Source: Saccostrea echinata
Taxonomy: Eukaryota
Direction: 5' to 3'
Length of the DNA: 64,000 nucleotides
NCBI RefSeq assembly: GCF_033153115.1
Contig: NW_026889803.1
Coordinates: forward strand, 65,162,001-65,226,000
Each line of letters begins with the position of its first letter. Position 1 is the first letter of the stretch. Of the stretch, positions 1 to 12,400 are shown piece by piece. The notes under the pieces are model-generated. The model had not been told where the DNA came from, made no database searches, and saw nothing but the letters and a program-made list of their open reading frames with translations. The position numbers were made by a program, and so were the translations under genes.

Positions 1-281
1 TGAAGAAATTATAACGATATGTTTGATAAATACATGTATAGTGTCAGGTATACATACAATATACATGCACTGTATGTAGATCTACTGTAAATGTATTATA
101 TTTAGCACGTACAATATTTAGCGGAAATTGATTTTTTAACAAATTAGCATAATTTGATTTAGTGCATTTCTTAATGTTCTTATTTATGTATTCATGTGCA
201 ATACATTTAGCGTTGTAATTGAATTAGCGGAAGTTTCTTTCTGCCAAAGGTGCTATATACGGGTAGAGCAGTTTAACTTAC

Positions 282-3200
282 GTTCTGCCATTCATTGGTA
301 AGACTTTCAATAAAATGGAGGTTTCTCCAACCAGAACACCCAGTCTGTCATGATATCTGTATAACAATAAGAATATTTCAATGAAATTTCTAACCCTTGT
401 AGAGTATCATTTACTTACAAATATTTATAGAATGTACATATGTCCATGCATCAACAACCATTGCGAATTCTATGATAGAGGAGATAATAGGACAAGAGTT
501 ACCTCTCTTTAATACTAGCCACTTCTCTGTGCCAGAGACTACTCTCTGTGTTGTTCTGGGCCTCCCTTACAATCTCCCTGGTCCTGGGGCTCTTTCCTCC
601 CTTCTGAGGGGACTCAACAAGTATATACCTGAGAATATAAAAAAAGCTAGATGTATGTACCAAGTAAATTAAACTGTATGAAATGTATACAAGATTTCCA
701 TTGAGAGGTGCTTGTGTTACCTTTCTGTGTCATCAGACACCTGAACAACCTTTGCTTCAAACAGGTGAGGCCAGCTAACAAAAGTTGTATTACCCAGCAA
801 AGTGTTCGCAACAGCTTCAAGATCCTTTGGCTGAAATCATGATTGTAGTGTATTAAGGTTAGTTATTACACTTATAATAATACACTAATTACACTTAATG
901 TGCCTCTTTCACTTCCATCAAAATGCTGCACTTTCCTATGATTCTTTCATGTTTCTGTGACAGGACTTTTAAAATATAAAACTTTCTGAGGATAAATAAT
1001 GTTGAACTTAAGAAAATGTTAGCAAATGATAAGATGTAGGTACAGATAAGGATCTGAATAAGGATAGTAAAAGAGTAGATGGGGGATGAATGGCTCATTG
1101 ATTACTGGTAAAAATTTGTACTTTTCTGAGCCCTGTTGTTCCTGTTCAATTTACACTAAAGTATAATAAAAGTCCACTACATTAAGGAAATACAGTCATA
1201 CTTATGTGTATTACTCAACAAAAACCTCCATGTATTTCCTTCAATATCTTTTTTTTTAATCTCTGAATATAAGAAATCCTCAAACCTTCTTTTCCCACTC
1301 TGTCTGCTTTTGATATGATTTAAAATATTCCTATTCATTCTACTCAGCATCATGTAAATGTATCCCTTACATTCTCAGTATCTCATCTCCCTTCTTAAGC
1401 TAAGCTTCCTAAGCTATCTAGATCTCTTAGTATCTCACCTATCTCCTTATCTTATCTGGAAATCTCAGTATCTCATTTCTTACCTTACCATATCTAGATT
1501 TTCCAGTATCTCATCTCCCTTCCTAAGCTAAGCTTCCAAAACTATATGGATCTCTGACTATCTCAATTATCTCCTTATCTTATCTGGAAATCTCAGTATC
1601 TCATTTCTCTCCTTACCCTATCTAGATCTTCCAGTATCTCGTCTTCCTTCCTAAGCTATCTGGATCTCTCAGTTTCTCATATATTTCCTTACTCTATCTG
1701 GATATCTTGCTATCTCATCTCTCTATTTACCCTATCTGGATATCTTGCTATCTCATCTCTCTATTTACCCTATCTGGATATCTTGCTATCTCATCTCTCT
1801 ATTTACCCTATCTGGATATCTTGCTATCTCATCTCTCTATTTACCCTATCCGGATATCTTGCTATCTCATCTCTCTATTTACCCTATCTGGATATCTTGC
1901 TATCTCATCTCTCTATTTACCCTATCTGGATATCTTGCTATCTCATTTCTCTCCTTACCCTACCTGATATCTTGCTATCTCATTTCTCTCCTTACCCTAT
2001 CTGGATATCTTGCTATCTCATTTCTCTCCTTATCCTATCTGGATATCTTGCTATCTCATCTCTCTATTTACCCTATCTGGATATCTTGCTATCTCATCTC
2101 TCTATTTACCCTATCTGGATATCTTGCTATCTCATTTCTCTCCTTATCCTATCTGGATATCTTGCTATCTCATTTCTCTCCTTTCTCTATCTGGATGTCT
2201 TGCTACCTCATTTCTCTCAGTATCTCATTTCTCTCAGTATCTCATTTCTCTCCTTACCCTATCTGGATATTTTGCTATCTCATTTCTCTCCCTACCCTAT
2301 GTGGATATCTTGCTATATCATTTCTCTCCTTATCCTATCTGGATATCTTGCTATCTCATTTCCCTCCTTTCTCTATCTGGATATCTTGCTATCTCATTTC
2401 TTCTTACCCTATCTGGATCTTCCAGTATCTCTAGTATCATGTTTTCATTTCTGCTGTTCATTTGGAAAACCTTCACTCCTTCCTTCTTCAAAAATGCCTA
2501 CATCAAAATAACACAATTTCAGTGGTGTATTCAAATTTCAAACTAAACTTCTCTACAAAATCATGCTTTATGATACATTTGCAATAGAACATGTAAGTGA
2601 ATGTTGTTCAGTCATTTAATGTATTTGATGGTAAGGAGGGCTTACCATGTTGGATATATGTATGAGGATGAGGATTGTGGGATTTACCCTGTGGATTATG
2701 TGTTTGTTGTTGACTACTGTGGGATTTACCTTGTGGATTATGTGTTTGTTGTTGACTACTCTGGGATTTACCCTGTGGATTATGTGTTTGTTGTTGACTA
2801 CTGTGGGATTTACCCTGTGGATTATGTGTTTGTTGTTGATTACTGTGGGATTTACCCTGTGGATTATGTGTTTGTTGTTGACTTCTCTGGGATTTACCTT
2901 GTGGATTATGTGTTTGTGTTGACTACTGTGGGATTTACCCTGTGGATTATGCGTTTGTTGTTGACTACTGTGGGATTTACCCTGTGGATTATGTGTTTGT
3001 TGTTGACTACTGTGGGATTTACCCTGTGGATTATGTGTTTGTTGTTGACTACTGTGAGACTTACCATGTGGATTATGTGTTTGTTGTTGACTACTGTGAG
3101 ACTTACCATGTGGATTATGTGTTTGTTGTTGACTACTCTGGGATTTACCCTGTGGATTATGTGTTTGTTGTTGACTACTGTGGGATTTACCATGTGGATT

Positions 3201-6200
3201 ATGTGTTTCTTGTTGACTACTGTGGGATTTACCCTGTGGATTATGTGTTTGTTGTTGACTACTGTGGAATTTAACATGTGGGTATATGTTTGATGATAAG
3301 ACTAAGGATCTTACCTTGTGGGGTATATGTTTGAGAGTAGGGAATCCAGGGAAGAAAACATCCAATCTAACATCTGGCATCAGACCCTTCACCATTTCCT
3401 CGGGATCCACCCTGAAGGCATCAATTCCCAGCTTAGTCAACCTGCAAATTGTATTATTTGGAATTAGATACAAATTGTATTATTTGGAATTAGATACAAA
3501 TCAACTCTTTCAACAGTATTTAAAAATGTTAAAAAGAAAAATGCATACAATGAACAACAGTCATGTAACCAGCATTAACTAATTACCTGGCATGATTATT
3601 AATAATATCAGGAAAAGCCTCTGGTAATGAGGACGGGTAAGGTTCCAGTACGTCTGGCGTAAAGTTATACAGGAGACAGGGACCATGGGTATTCCGCCTC
3701 TTCTCAGCTGGGGTCAGTTCATGCTCCACTGATTTCATGGCATCTATTAGTCTTTTCTAAAATCATTAATAAATATTGCACATCACAACTGCACATTTTA
3801 TCAAAATATCATTGCAGAAATCATTTTTAATACACTGTATTTTAACTTTTGTGCTTTACATTTCTATGTAAAATCATGAAACTAATGGGCTTTGACTGGC
3901 AACTGATTGTCATGGTCATGCATTACTGCAAATTCCAAAGATGTTAACCATCACTCCATCAATTACAAGCCCCACACATTGCTCTGTTGCAAAGTTTATG
4001 TCAGAACAAAGCAGTTCTCTCCACTCTTGTAAATTGAGCTGTGATCATGAATTTCGGTAGACAGTCTATTACACAGTGTTCATAATCATGCAAAACTAGA
4101 TATCCATGAGTAACAAAGAACATTTTTTAAAGACATACAAGTAATTCATTTTTTAGCTATTATGGGCTTATTCACATATTTCAAACACTCTAAGTGACTA
4201 TGACAAATAAATGTATTAAAAGAATAAAATACATGCCAACATACCAGCACAATGAATCTGATAATTAAAACAAACCTCATCAATGAATGGAATAAGGACA
4301 ACCGCCTCCCACTCCTGCTGTTTACCATTCAGATCGGTCTGGAAATCCACCGGATAAAAGTCTATAATCGGGGAATTCTCATTGGTCATCAGCTTCTGTA
4401 AACAAAAAAATATGTCAATTATAATCTCTTTCAAAGTACATTTACATAGACCTTTTAGTATGAAGATGATATACATTCTACCTGAATTGAAGAAAATAAC
4501 CTTCATCACAATTTGCACTGAAGGAGTGCAGATATTGTCTATTTGTTTTAGGAGAGTCAGTTTAAAAACTGGGTTTAATTGACAACAAAGACCATGATGC
4601 TGGTTAGAAAATTTTTATCCTACCATTCCTATTTCTAATAAACTGCTCAAATGTTAAGGTTTCTCTGCCTTGTAATGTCACCCAAAACATGCTGATGGGT
4701 ACTACCTTTGTGTCCTTTTGGTATTCCACTAGAGTAACTTTTAAATGCATCATTTAGCTAGTAGAGAGTGACCAGATTACTTTTAAAACTAATGTGATCC
4801 CACCTGATATGGCTCAGGTAGCAGCTCTTTACTGGCAGCAGGTAACACAGCCATCAACTGTTGGAAAGGTAAGAAGGGTTTTGCCATCTCAAACTCAATC
4901 TTCAAGTCCTTAAAGTCTGTTACATCACTGATGTATGGTGCATAGTGATGTGGGTAAAACCTTCAAGTCAAAATTGTGGTGTATTAATTAAATGTTTAAT
5001 ACATGTAGGTATATTATGAAACTATCTAATTTTTGGGTACTTTATGGTTATTTCAAAATATTCCATCCCATCTTTGATATTGCAAATAAAATGGGATAAC
5101 AAAAATTTCAAATTCAATAATTCCAATGCTATCTATGAAGGATAAATTTGCTTAAACTTCAAAAAGCACATACATGTATTACCTAATATACAATTGTATA
5201 TGTATGTATATCGGCATATCCCTGATACTAAGATTTATTAAAGCTATCATCAATAACACTATCTACTGTGAATTTCCGACGATAATCCTTACCAGCTCCA
5301 GGATGGAACTCCCTCAAAGTAGTACAGAAGAATCCACTGTATCCCCCGGACGTACTGCTCACTCTGGTCCCGCAGGACTTCTTTATCCACGTTCTCATAC
5401 TCTAGCTTGGTCATGTAGTAATTACGCTTGTGGAGCCTGAACTCCTCATCAAACGTGTCACTATCCTCATCCTCATCAAGTTCTTCCTCATCCTCGTTTG
5501 TCCTAGATCTCTCTATAACACTTAGACATTTACTACATGTCTGTCATGATTAATAGTCCGTTCGACAATCAGTAATAACTCTATAAGATTTTCTGATTTA
5601 TGCTTTATTATCTTATCTTCAGTCAATAGAAGTAAATGTCCATGCATTATTCTTGTTGATAATGCATGTATTTCTACTGTAGGAGGTTTTCTGGCTTATG
5701 TTTTATGTAGCCTATCTTAATACAAGCATTAATCTTACCTTGACTTGTGCTTAAAACAAGCATTAATCTTACCTTGACTTGTGCTTAAAATAAGCATTAA
5801 TCTTACCTTGACTTGTGCTTAATACAAGCATTAATCTTACCTTGACTTGTGCTTGGTTGGGAAGGTCCAGTCTCCTCTGCCTCATTATCAAGAGATTCTA
5901 ATAACAAGAACTGGTTTGTACTCTCTTTCTTATTCTGAAAAGGAAATCACCAATGCAACTTTTTATACATGGATCACAATATACCAGATTCTGTTAACAA
6001 TACTTAAATGTAGATATGAAATTGTAATGTTTAAAGTCCAAGCCTAAAAGCTATCAAAAACAGAACTCAAATTTATCTGCAAAGTGAATTTATACAATAA
6101 AGTATACAGAAAGAAAAACTTCCCCTGCAATGTTTTTATTTTCAAACAGAAGAAGCTTTCTAAAGACTTCATTACTAAACACCTTTCTGGTTTGATCTTC

Positions 6201-9200
6201 TTGTTGCTCCGACTTCTCTGTCTTCTTTCCTTCAAACCATTTCAGGTCTGTGAATACTTCACTGAATTTGTCTACATCATACTGGTATAAAATGAATCAC
6301 ATATTTTTAAAGATACTGATCTAACATAACAAGAAGCCCATGGGCCATAATGCTCACCTGAGTCACAAATACAGTGAAATATGAGCTACCAGAACATTAC
6401 AGTTAATATATACAAATAAAGCAAAACATTTATATATGACTTTCTGCCAAATAAAATAATTCTTGCAACACAAGAATGCTACATTTGATACAGTTATTAT
6501 ACACAGATTTTATATTCATGAATTTTACCTTTGCTAATTCATTCATAAACTTCTCAAATCTCTCAAGGTTTAAGTGGCCGCCTTCATTCATGTACCCTAA
6601 AATAGGTGGAAATTTTTTATCAAGAAATAAAATTTTATTTTCACAAAAGTTCTACCCTTTCAGTAAGACATAGTACCCTCTATCTTTAGTAAAGTTTAGT
6701 GAAAAAAAAATATGATCAAGAGACCTTTCTTTCATTTCACTGCACACTGATATATTACTAGGGGAAAAAACATGTCAAAGTCACAAATTGTTTCACAAAA
6801 CATTTTTTAAGAATTACCTCCACATTCTGGGAGGATAGTCATGTAGGTTTTCCAGAGTGTAGGGAGGGCATCATGTTGTATGTGAAGGTGGGGTAGATGA
6901 GGGATAAAGTCATTCCCCACAAGGAACCCCATCAAAATCCAGTCGTCTATGATCTTCTCCAGATCATAACCAAATGGTAGCTTCCCCTTTATAAAACACC
7001 AACATAAATGTCATTCTGATGCATTGTTTAGTTGAAGACAACTAGAATAAACTTATCATAAAGTCACGAGTAAAGCATGCATCATTGTAAAGTATGCACC
7101 CCCCAAAGTTACGGGTCCTGTGTAACTTACAATCATTCAAAATGGGGGGAATACACAATAAACTTGATAAACCAACACCAAGATATTGATGAAATCAGTC
7201 CTTAAAGCTGAGAAAAGAGTTCAGAAAAAAAGGGATTGGATTTAGTTCATATGTAATATATGCATCCCCTTAATCTTGAACAATTATAAATGTGACACTA
7301 CAGTAGTTCACTGCTTGATACATGTATGTACTGATCTGAGTCTGATCAAGTGCAATGTATGTTTATATTCTAATACATGTACATGTTCTGCAGAAAATGT
7401 AGACTGGTAGCTTTTAAAAAATATTTGGAATTTCAAGTGTTAAAATTGATACCTTGAGTGCAGCAAATTCAAAATCCAGGTACTCCCTGAACAAAGAGAG
7501 ATGTAAAAGATGAAAGGTGGTTTCCTCAGGAGTGGCGGGTCTATAAATACATAACAGGAAGTGACAACAAATATACAGCATCAGGAATTCCTTATCTTTA
7601 TTTGTAAACACACTTTGGTTTCACTGTTTAGGAAAATTGTACACTTTACAAATAATCTTATCTATTGAAGCCATGAATATTCAGAAAATGTTCAATTTTA
7701 GTAACAGACAAACCTTTTGTTTTTATCTTTCTTTCCTCCAAATCTTACTTCTTCTCTCAAAAGTGAGAAATGTGGTTCATGTGTGGCCAAACCTAGCATC
7801 ATCTGTGGAAAATTGGTCTCTGTGTTAGATTCTACTTCATTGAACAATACTTGGCTCTTTATACTTTATCATTTTACACAAAGACTATCTCAAGGAGTCT
7901 GTCATGAATCATTCCTTTTAATAATCTCAATCCTAGCTATTGATCTATTTCATTCATTTACCAGATCTGCATCCAATCCATACAGACAGTGTCTGGTATT
8001 CGGATCATAGCCTGGTTTAGATTTCTGGCATCTGATGAAGTCCATAACTTTGTGTTCCCCCTCTCCTGGTGTCTGAAACATATGTAACCAAACTCAGCTT
8101 ACTGGTGCATCACTTAATTTTACAACAAAAACAATTCATTTCTAATGATCTCCCAATCAAGTAATTTCTTTTCAGAATTCATGCATTTCTTTTCTTTGTG
8201 TGTTTGTGTTTATTTATTTGGGGGGGGGGGGGGGGGTCTTTCTTTTACTCAATACTTACCTCATGTCCAGATAAATACACATTCACTCCATGCCACAAAG
8301 GATCACTGGAGATTTTACTGGTGACAAAATACTTCAACTGTTCATGTAGCTTTACCATGAACTCCGTACCTGTTACAGAACACACATACAATGTACATGA
8401 ATCTGTTTATTCTCAAACAACATCTTATGTACAGTGTATTAAAAAATATGTGAAAAATACTTTTATTTTTTCATCCTTACTTCAATTTGATACTGAAAAC
8501 ATCCAAAACATACATATAATAAAAGAGAATAAATTCTTGGAATTAAATTGACTTTGCTATGACATTAAGTATTAGGTGAACATAGCATTTCCCAAATAGT
8601 TCAAAATAAACACAGGTAAAAGCTGTGGTTCTGAACTGTCTGTTGGTACACAGATTTAAATAATATCCAGGATGTACGGTAAATATTTTAGATAAATTTA
8701 ATCACTTCAATCTTTTTTTTTTTTTAATACAAATTTATGTCCACCTTACCTGGAGTGATGCAGTTGGAATCAAATCTTTTTTCTGTGGGTAGGGTCTCTC
8801 CTGATTCTCTGGCTTTTTTCTCCAGGAGCTCAGCTTCTCGAGCCGATCTTCAAAAATCAATTGACAAATAAGATGGTAATTACCATAAACATGTACAGTG
8901 TATCAAAATCATAGAATACCAGTTAAATGAAATGTGCAAAGAGAAAAAAATCAATCAAACAAAAAAAAAAAATAATAATAATAAACAGAAAACAAAATGA
9001 CAAATACTGTTGATTCACACATTTGGTTTTGCTTCACAGTTCATTTTTCTTCATAATCTGCATTGTATGCAAGATGGAGAATTATATTGTTATTGCATTT
9101 ACTGGCCTTCATGCTTTTATTATAATAGATTGCAGATTTTTTTTCTTCTTCAGACTTCCTTAAAAATCTTCATCAGCAAAAACAAATATATCAAGTAAGT

Positions 9201-12176
9201 AAAATATTTCTATTACAAAATTTTCTAGTGAGTCAGACTAACTTTACTTAAACAGATAAAGTGGAAAAATTTATAAATCCTCTGCATCAGTTAAGTAAAT
9301 ACCATTAAATCTTACAGAACTAAAAATGAAATGGATGTAAACTCTCTGATGCTCATAAATAGGTGCAAATATTACAGCCGAGTCAAATCTCATTCCTTAT
9401 AGTCTAGCATAAACAAAAGCACATAATTGTCATAATTGGTTTATGAGTAACTTTGAGCATTTATATACAAAATACTATTACAATACATGTATCCTAAAAT
9501 TAATTAGAAAAACTTAAAAGTGAATCTTTTCAATTGTGTACATTACCTAAATCTTCTTCCTCTCTGTTGGTTCATTTTGGCTCTTGGTGCCACTCCATCT
9601 ATCGCCATGAAAAATACTTTCCTAGGTTTAATGATTCGGAACAAAAACTACAAAGGAATGACAAAATATGTTTACTCTACATAATAATTTTATTATTCAA
9701 CAGAAACAATGTAATATTTTGTATCATTGGAATTACTTGAAAGACAATTGTTAATATTATAAAGGTGGAAAATCAGGAAATTGATATGAACTTCACATTA
9801 ATTATGTTAATACAACATATCCTGTTCATTAATTGTCTGTATATAGTGTGAATGAGAATTAGGTTACTAGTCATTTAGTCATCATGTACATTTTTTTTTT
9901 CATTTATTTACTAAAATGTACCTCTAGATAATGAAAGATATCTTTGAAGATTTTCTCCTCTGTGATTCTAAAGTGAGGATTATCATCTTCAGGATGTGAA
10001 CAAACATGAATGATACCATTCATGTCCAAATACAAGTTGTCAAATTCAGGAATCTGTCCCAAAGAATAGAAAAACTATTGCAGTATACTGTAATCATTTA
10101 CACCATAGAATGCATAATACAAAGTATACACTAGGGAAAAAAACTGCAATTTTCTTGGGCATCCAGCATTATTTCAGTTACCTTTCTAAAAGCATTGGTA
10201 TGAGGCCAAAAAAAAAATAGTCTTGTTTCCTGCTACCCGACCTACCCTATTTTTTTGTACCCGACCCTAAAGTTTTTTTTAGTTTTGGAAGAAAAAAAAT
10301 TGGGAATTTCCGGTATTTCATCATTTTGTCACCATAATCGGATTCGGTGTTAACACAAAACAAGCATTTCATGAAATTCTTGTTTTAAAATATGGACTTT
10401 CATAAAATACCCTTGAGTTGTGCATAAAAAAAGACATGAAATTTAATTTTAAAAGACAATATTGACCTGTGACATGTTTAATTTGATCTTGTGTGGTAGT
10501 TGTACTTAGTTTTATTTTATTTTAATTAATGCTATATATTTTATTTCAGGAATTAATCATTCATTCATTCATCCATACATCTATACAAGCGCTGCGCCTG
10601 CATTACTAATATATTATTTATTTATATGTTTAAATCATAAACATCCCTATTTAAATAATGGTTTAACCCAAAGACTATGGGTTAAGGTAGATATAAGGAT
10701 TAGTCCATTTATAAATAAGGGTATTGTCTGTTTTCCTACATTCTATTGGTCAGATGGTATTGTTTGGTCAAAGTTGTCCATTCAGGCGGGAAACCTTTGT
10801 TTTATGATTCCATTCAAAGATACTGTCTGAGAAGGGTGTAGCTAGAGATTTGTGATTGCTTAAAATTTAATATTTGATATTTTGGAGTATATTAAACACC
10901 CATAAACTGTAAGTAAACCTTTTATAAACACATCTAATGATCATAAACTAAAATTAAAGATAATGAATGATAATAAAGTATTTTAATATAAACTTGCTAA
11001 ATGAGTATGAATGTGCTAGAGTGAAAGTTCTAAAGTTATTAAAGTTAAGATCGATATTGTAAAGTAAGAGCAAGTTATATGTTTTAATCTAATTCATGTA
11101 GATCTTTGGATTAAGATCTGGGTTTGAATTATTATGATTTTATAATTTATTAATCCATTAGGTCATCATGTAATAATTCTTTAAAGTCATCCTGATCAAG
11201 AGATAAATCACTCAGTTCCATACACTGGTATGTTAAACTCATATTTTTAAAGTTGTAAATATTTCAGTATAGAGAAATATAATTTAGATCATTAATTCAG
11301 TAAGAGTTTCAAAGAGTTATCGCCCTTTGAATGCGTTTATATAAAGTGTAAAGTAATGGCTTAAATGAATGTTTTATGTGTTTAAATTGTGATCGTTTTG
11401 TGTTGTAAAGTGAATGTGCTTGTTTATATGTTGTCTATGTATTTATATGTTGTTATTGTTATTTTAGGGTTAATTTAAAACATTTAATTCATCTTGAAAT
11501 CAACTATATATCTCCACGGAATAAATACTAAGAATCCAACCCTATATACCATCTTGCAGTCATTTTTTAATTTCTACAAGAACCGGTTACACTTGTATTA
11601 GTTCATATCCAAAAAATGCCATCAGAAAAAAATAAAATGAAAAAATAAAATAAAATAATTTTCCTACCTACCTACCATATTTTTTTCAAGCTGGTAGCAG
11701 GAAACAAGACTATTATTTTTTTTGGCCTGATCAGGGAACTATATATGTTAATATATATGTCCCTGGTACAATTTCGACCCCAAGAAACATTGACATAAAA
11801 TATTAACATTCATCAAATGTCCTAATAATTAGGAAAATAGAATATCAAATGTGAAAGTTAAATACATTTCCTGGTAACAATAAACTGACAAGGACAAAGA
11901 TTACCTGATAACAAATTATTTCCGATCTATGTAAACAGTCACACAAATATGACAATTTGGAATATTATTCCCTAAAATTGTATTTTATACATGCAATAAT
12001 TATATAAATATATGTATATATACTCTTGTTAAGTAATAACTTTTTTGTTCAAAGCCGGGAAACTTGTTAATATATAAAAAAAAATTAAACAATATTTTTA
12101 CCTGGAATTCCTTAACAGTTTCACTGAGACATGGGTATCTTTCGCTAACCCATCTATAGAACTTTGGTACACCCAT
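282..12176 (-). CDS. XRN1: 5'-3' exoribonuclease 1, N-terminal part (21 coding exons; gene continues beyond position 1)
   Basis: The spliced translation begins [19 protein letters not shown] and contains [72 protein letters not shown] and [20 protein letters not shown], all XRN1 hallmarks. Exons, all GT-AG and phase-consistent: 12102-12176, 9922-10053, 9547-9647, 8750-8847, 8260-8369, 7962-8072, 7714-7802, 7453-7540, 6818-6986, 6529-6596, 6183-6281, 5841-5934, 5293-5512, 4804-4960, 4276-4395, 3587-3756, 3315-3441, 2408-2497, 721-830, 503-628, 282-356. Confidence 0.97.
1370..2432. repeat. 38-bp minisatellite (~27 copies) derived from the XRN1 exon 2408-2497 donor junction
   Basis: Unit is approximately tatctggatatcttgctatctcatctctctatttaccc. 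The centre is homogeneous and the ends diverged, with a 128-bp higher-order duplication at ~1377-1632. The last copy overlaps the real exon end and donor. Confidence 0.93.
2640..3335. repeat. 42-bp minisatellite (~16 copies) derived from the XRN1 exon 3315-3441 donor junction
   Basis: Unit gactactgtgggatttaccctgtggattatgtgtttgttgtt gives the 14-aa periodicity seen in the ORF track. Terminal copies resemble the true junction cttaccttgtggggtatatgtttga. Confidence 0.93.
3445..3501. repeat. 26-bp tandem duplication in an XRN1 intron next to an acceptor site
   Basis: caaattgtattatttggaattagata x2 plus a partial copy. Confidence 0.85.
5719..5854. repeat. 34-bp x4 tandem repeat spanning the XRN1 exon 5841-5934 donor
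   Basis: aatacaagcattaatcttaccttgacttgtgctt x4; every copy reads CAAG|GTAAGA on the minus strand. Confidence 0.95.
6328..6365 (+). mobile_element. Isolated end fragment of a Helentron-associated element (HINE)
   Basis: acaagaagcccatgggccataatgctcacctgagtca matches the termini at 34013 and 35947. Confidence 0.7.
10204..11727. mobile_element. Non-autonomous TIR element (~1.5 kb) in XRN1 intron 1
   Basis: TIRs ggccaaaaaaaaaatagtcttgtttcctgctacc / ggtagcaggaaacaagactattattttttttggcc, flanked by TGA on both sides (possible 3-bp TSD). Superfamily uncertain (Harbinger- or Kolobok-like). Confidence 0.8.
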
Positions 12177-12400
12177 AATGATGACTCAAAGTGAGAAAGC
12201 ATACAGAATTTTTCAATAATCTTAGCAAAATATGTGTCAAGTTGTGAAACACATACAATTTTTCTTCACCGGAACTAGTATCTATTACTATAGCTTTTTT
12301 GGTCTCTTTGACGCTGAAGAGTTCCACTTAAATTACACGACAACTTCCCTTTCCATATCAACTTTTCTGCTGTGTTTGTTAGTCTCTGGATAATCATAAA
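12177..12400. promoter_or_regulatory. Bidirectional promoter region shared by XRN1 and SPCS1
   Basis: The divergent ATGs at 12176 (-) and 12401 (+) are separated by only 224 bp. ETS-like CCGGAA at 12269-12274 and TGACTCA at 12182-12188. Confidence 0.75.

Noticed and set aside
1707-2546. Overlapping plus-strand ORFs of 86-242 aa
   Set aside because: They are translations of the stop-poor strand of the 38-bp minisatellite, antisense to XRN1, with the same peptide cycling through all frames.
2601-3293. Plus-strand repetitive ORFs ([14 protein letters not shown] and similar)
   Set aside because: Artefacts of the 42-bp repeat on the antisense strand.
1370-3335. CRISPR-like appearance of 38- and 42-bp repeats
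   Set aside because: The units are head-to-tail with no unique spacers, there are no cas genes, and the context is a eukaryotic intron.
3445-3501. Possible acceptor-spanning duplication as a counter-example to the donor bias
   Set aside because: The 26-bp unit is wholly intronic and does not include the AG or exon sequence.
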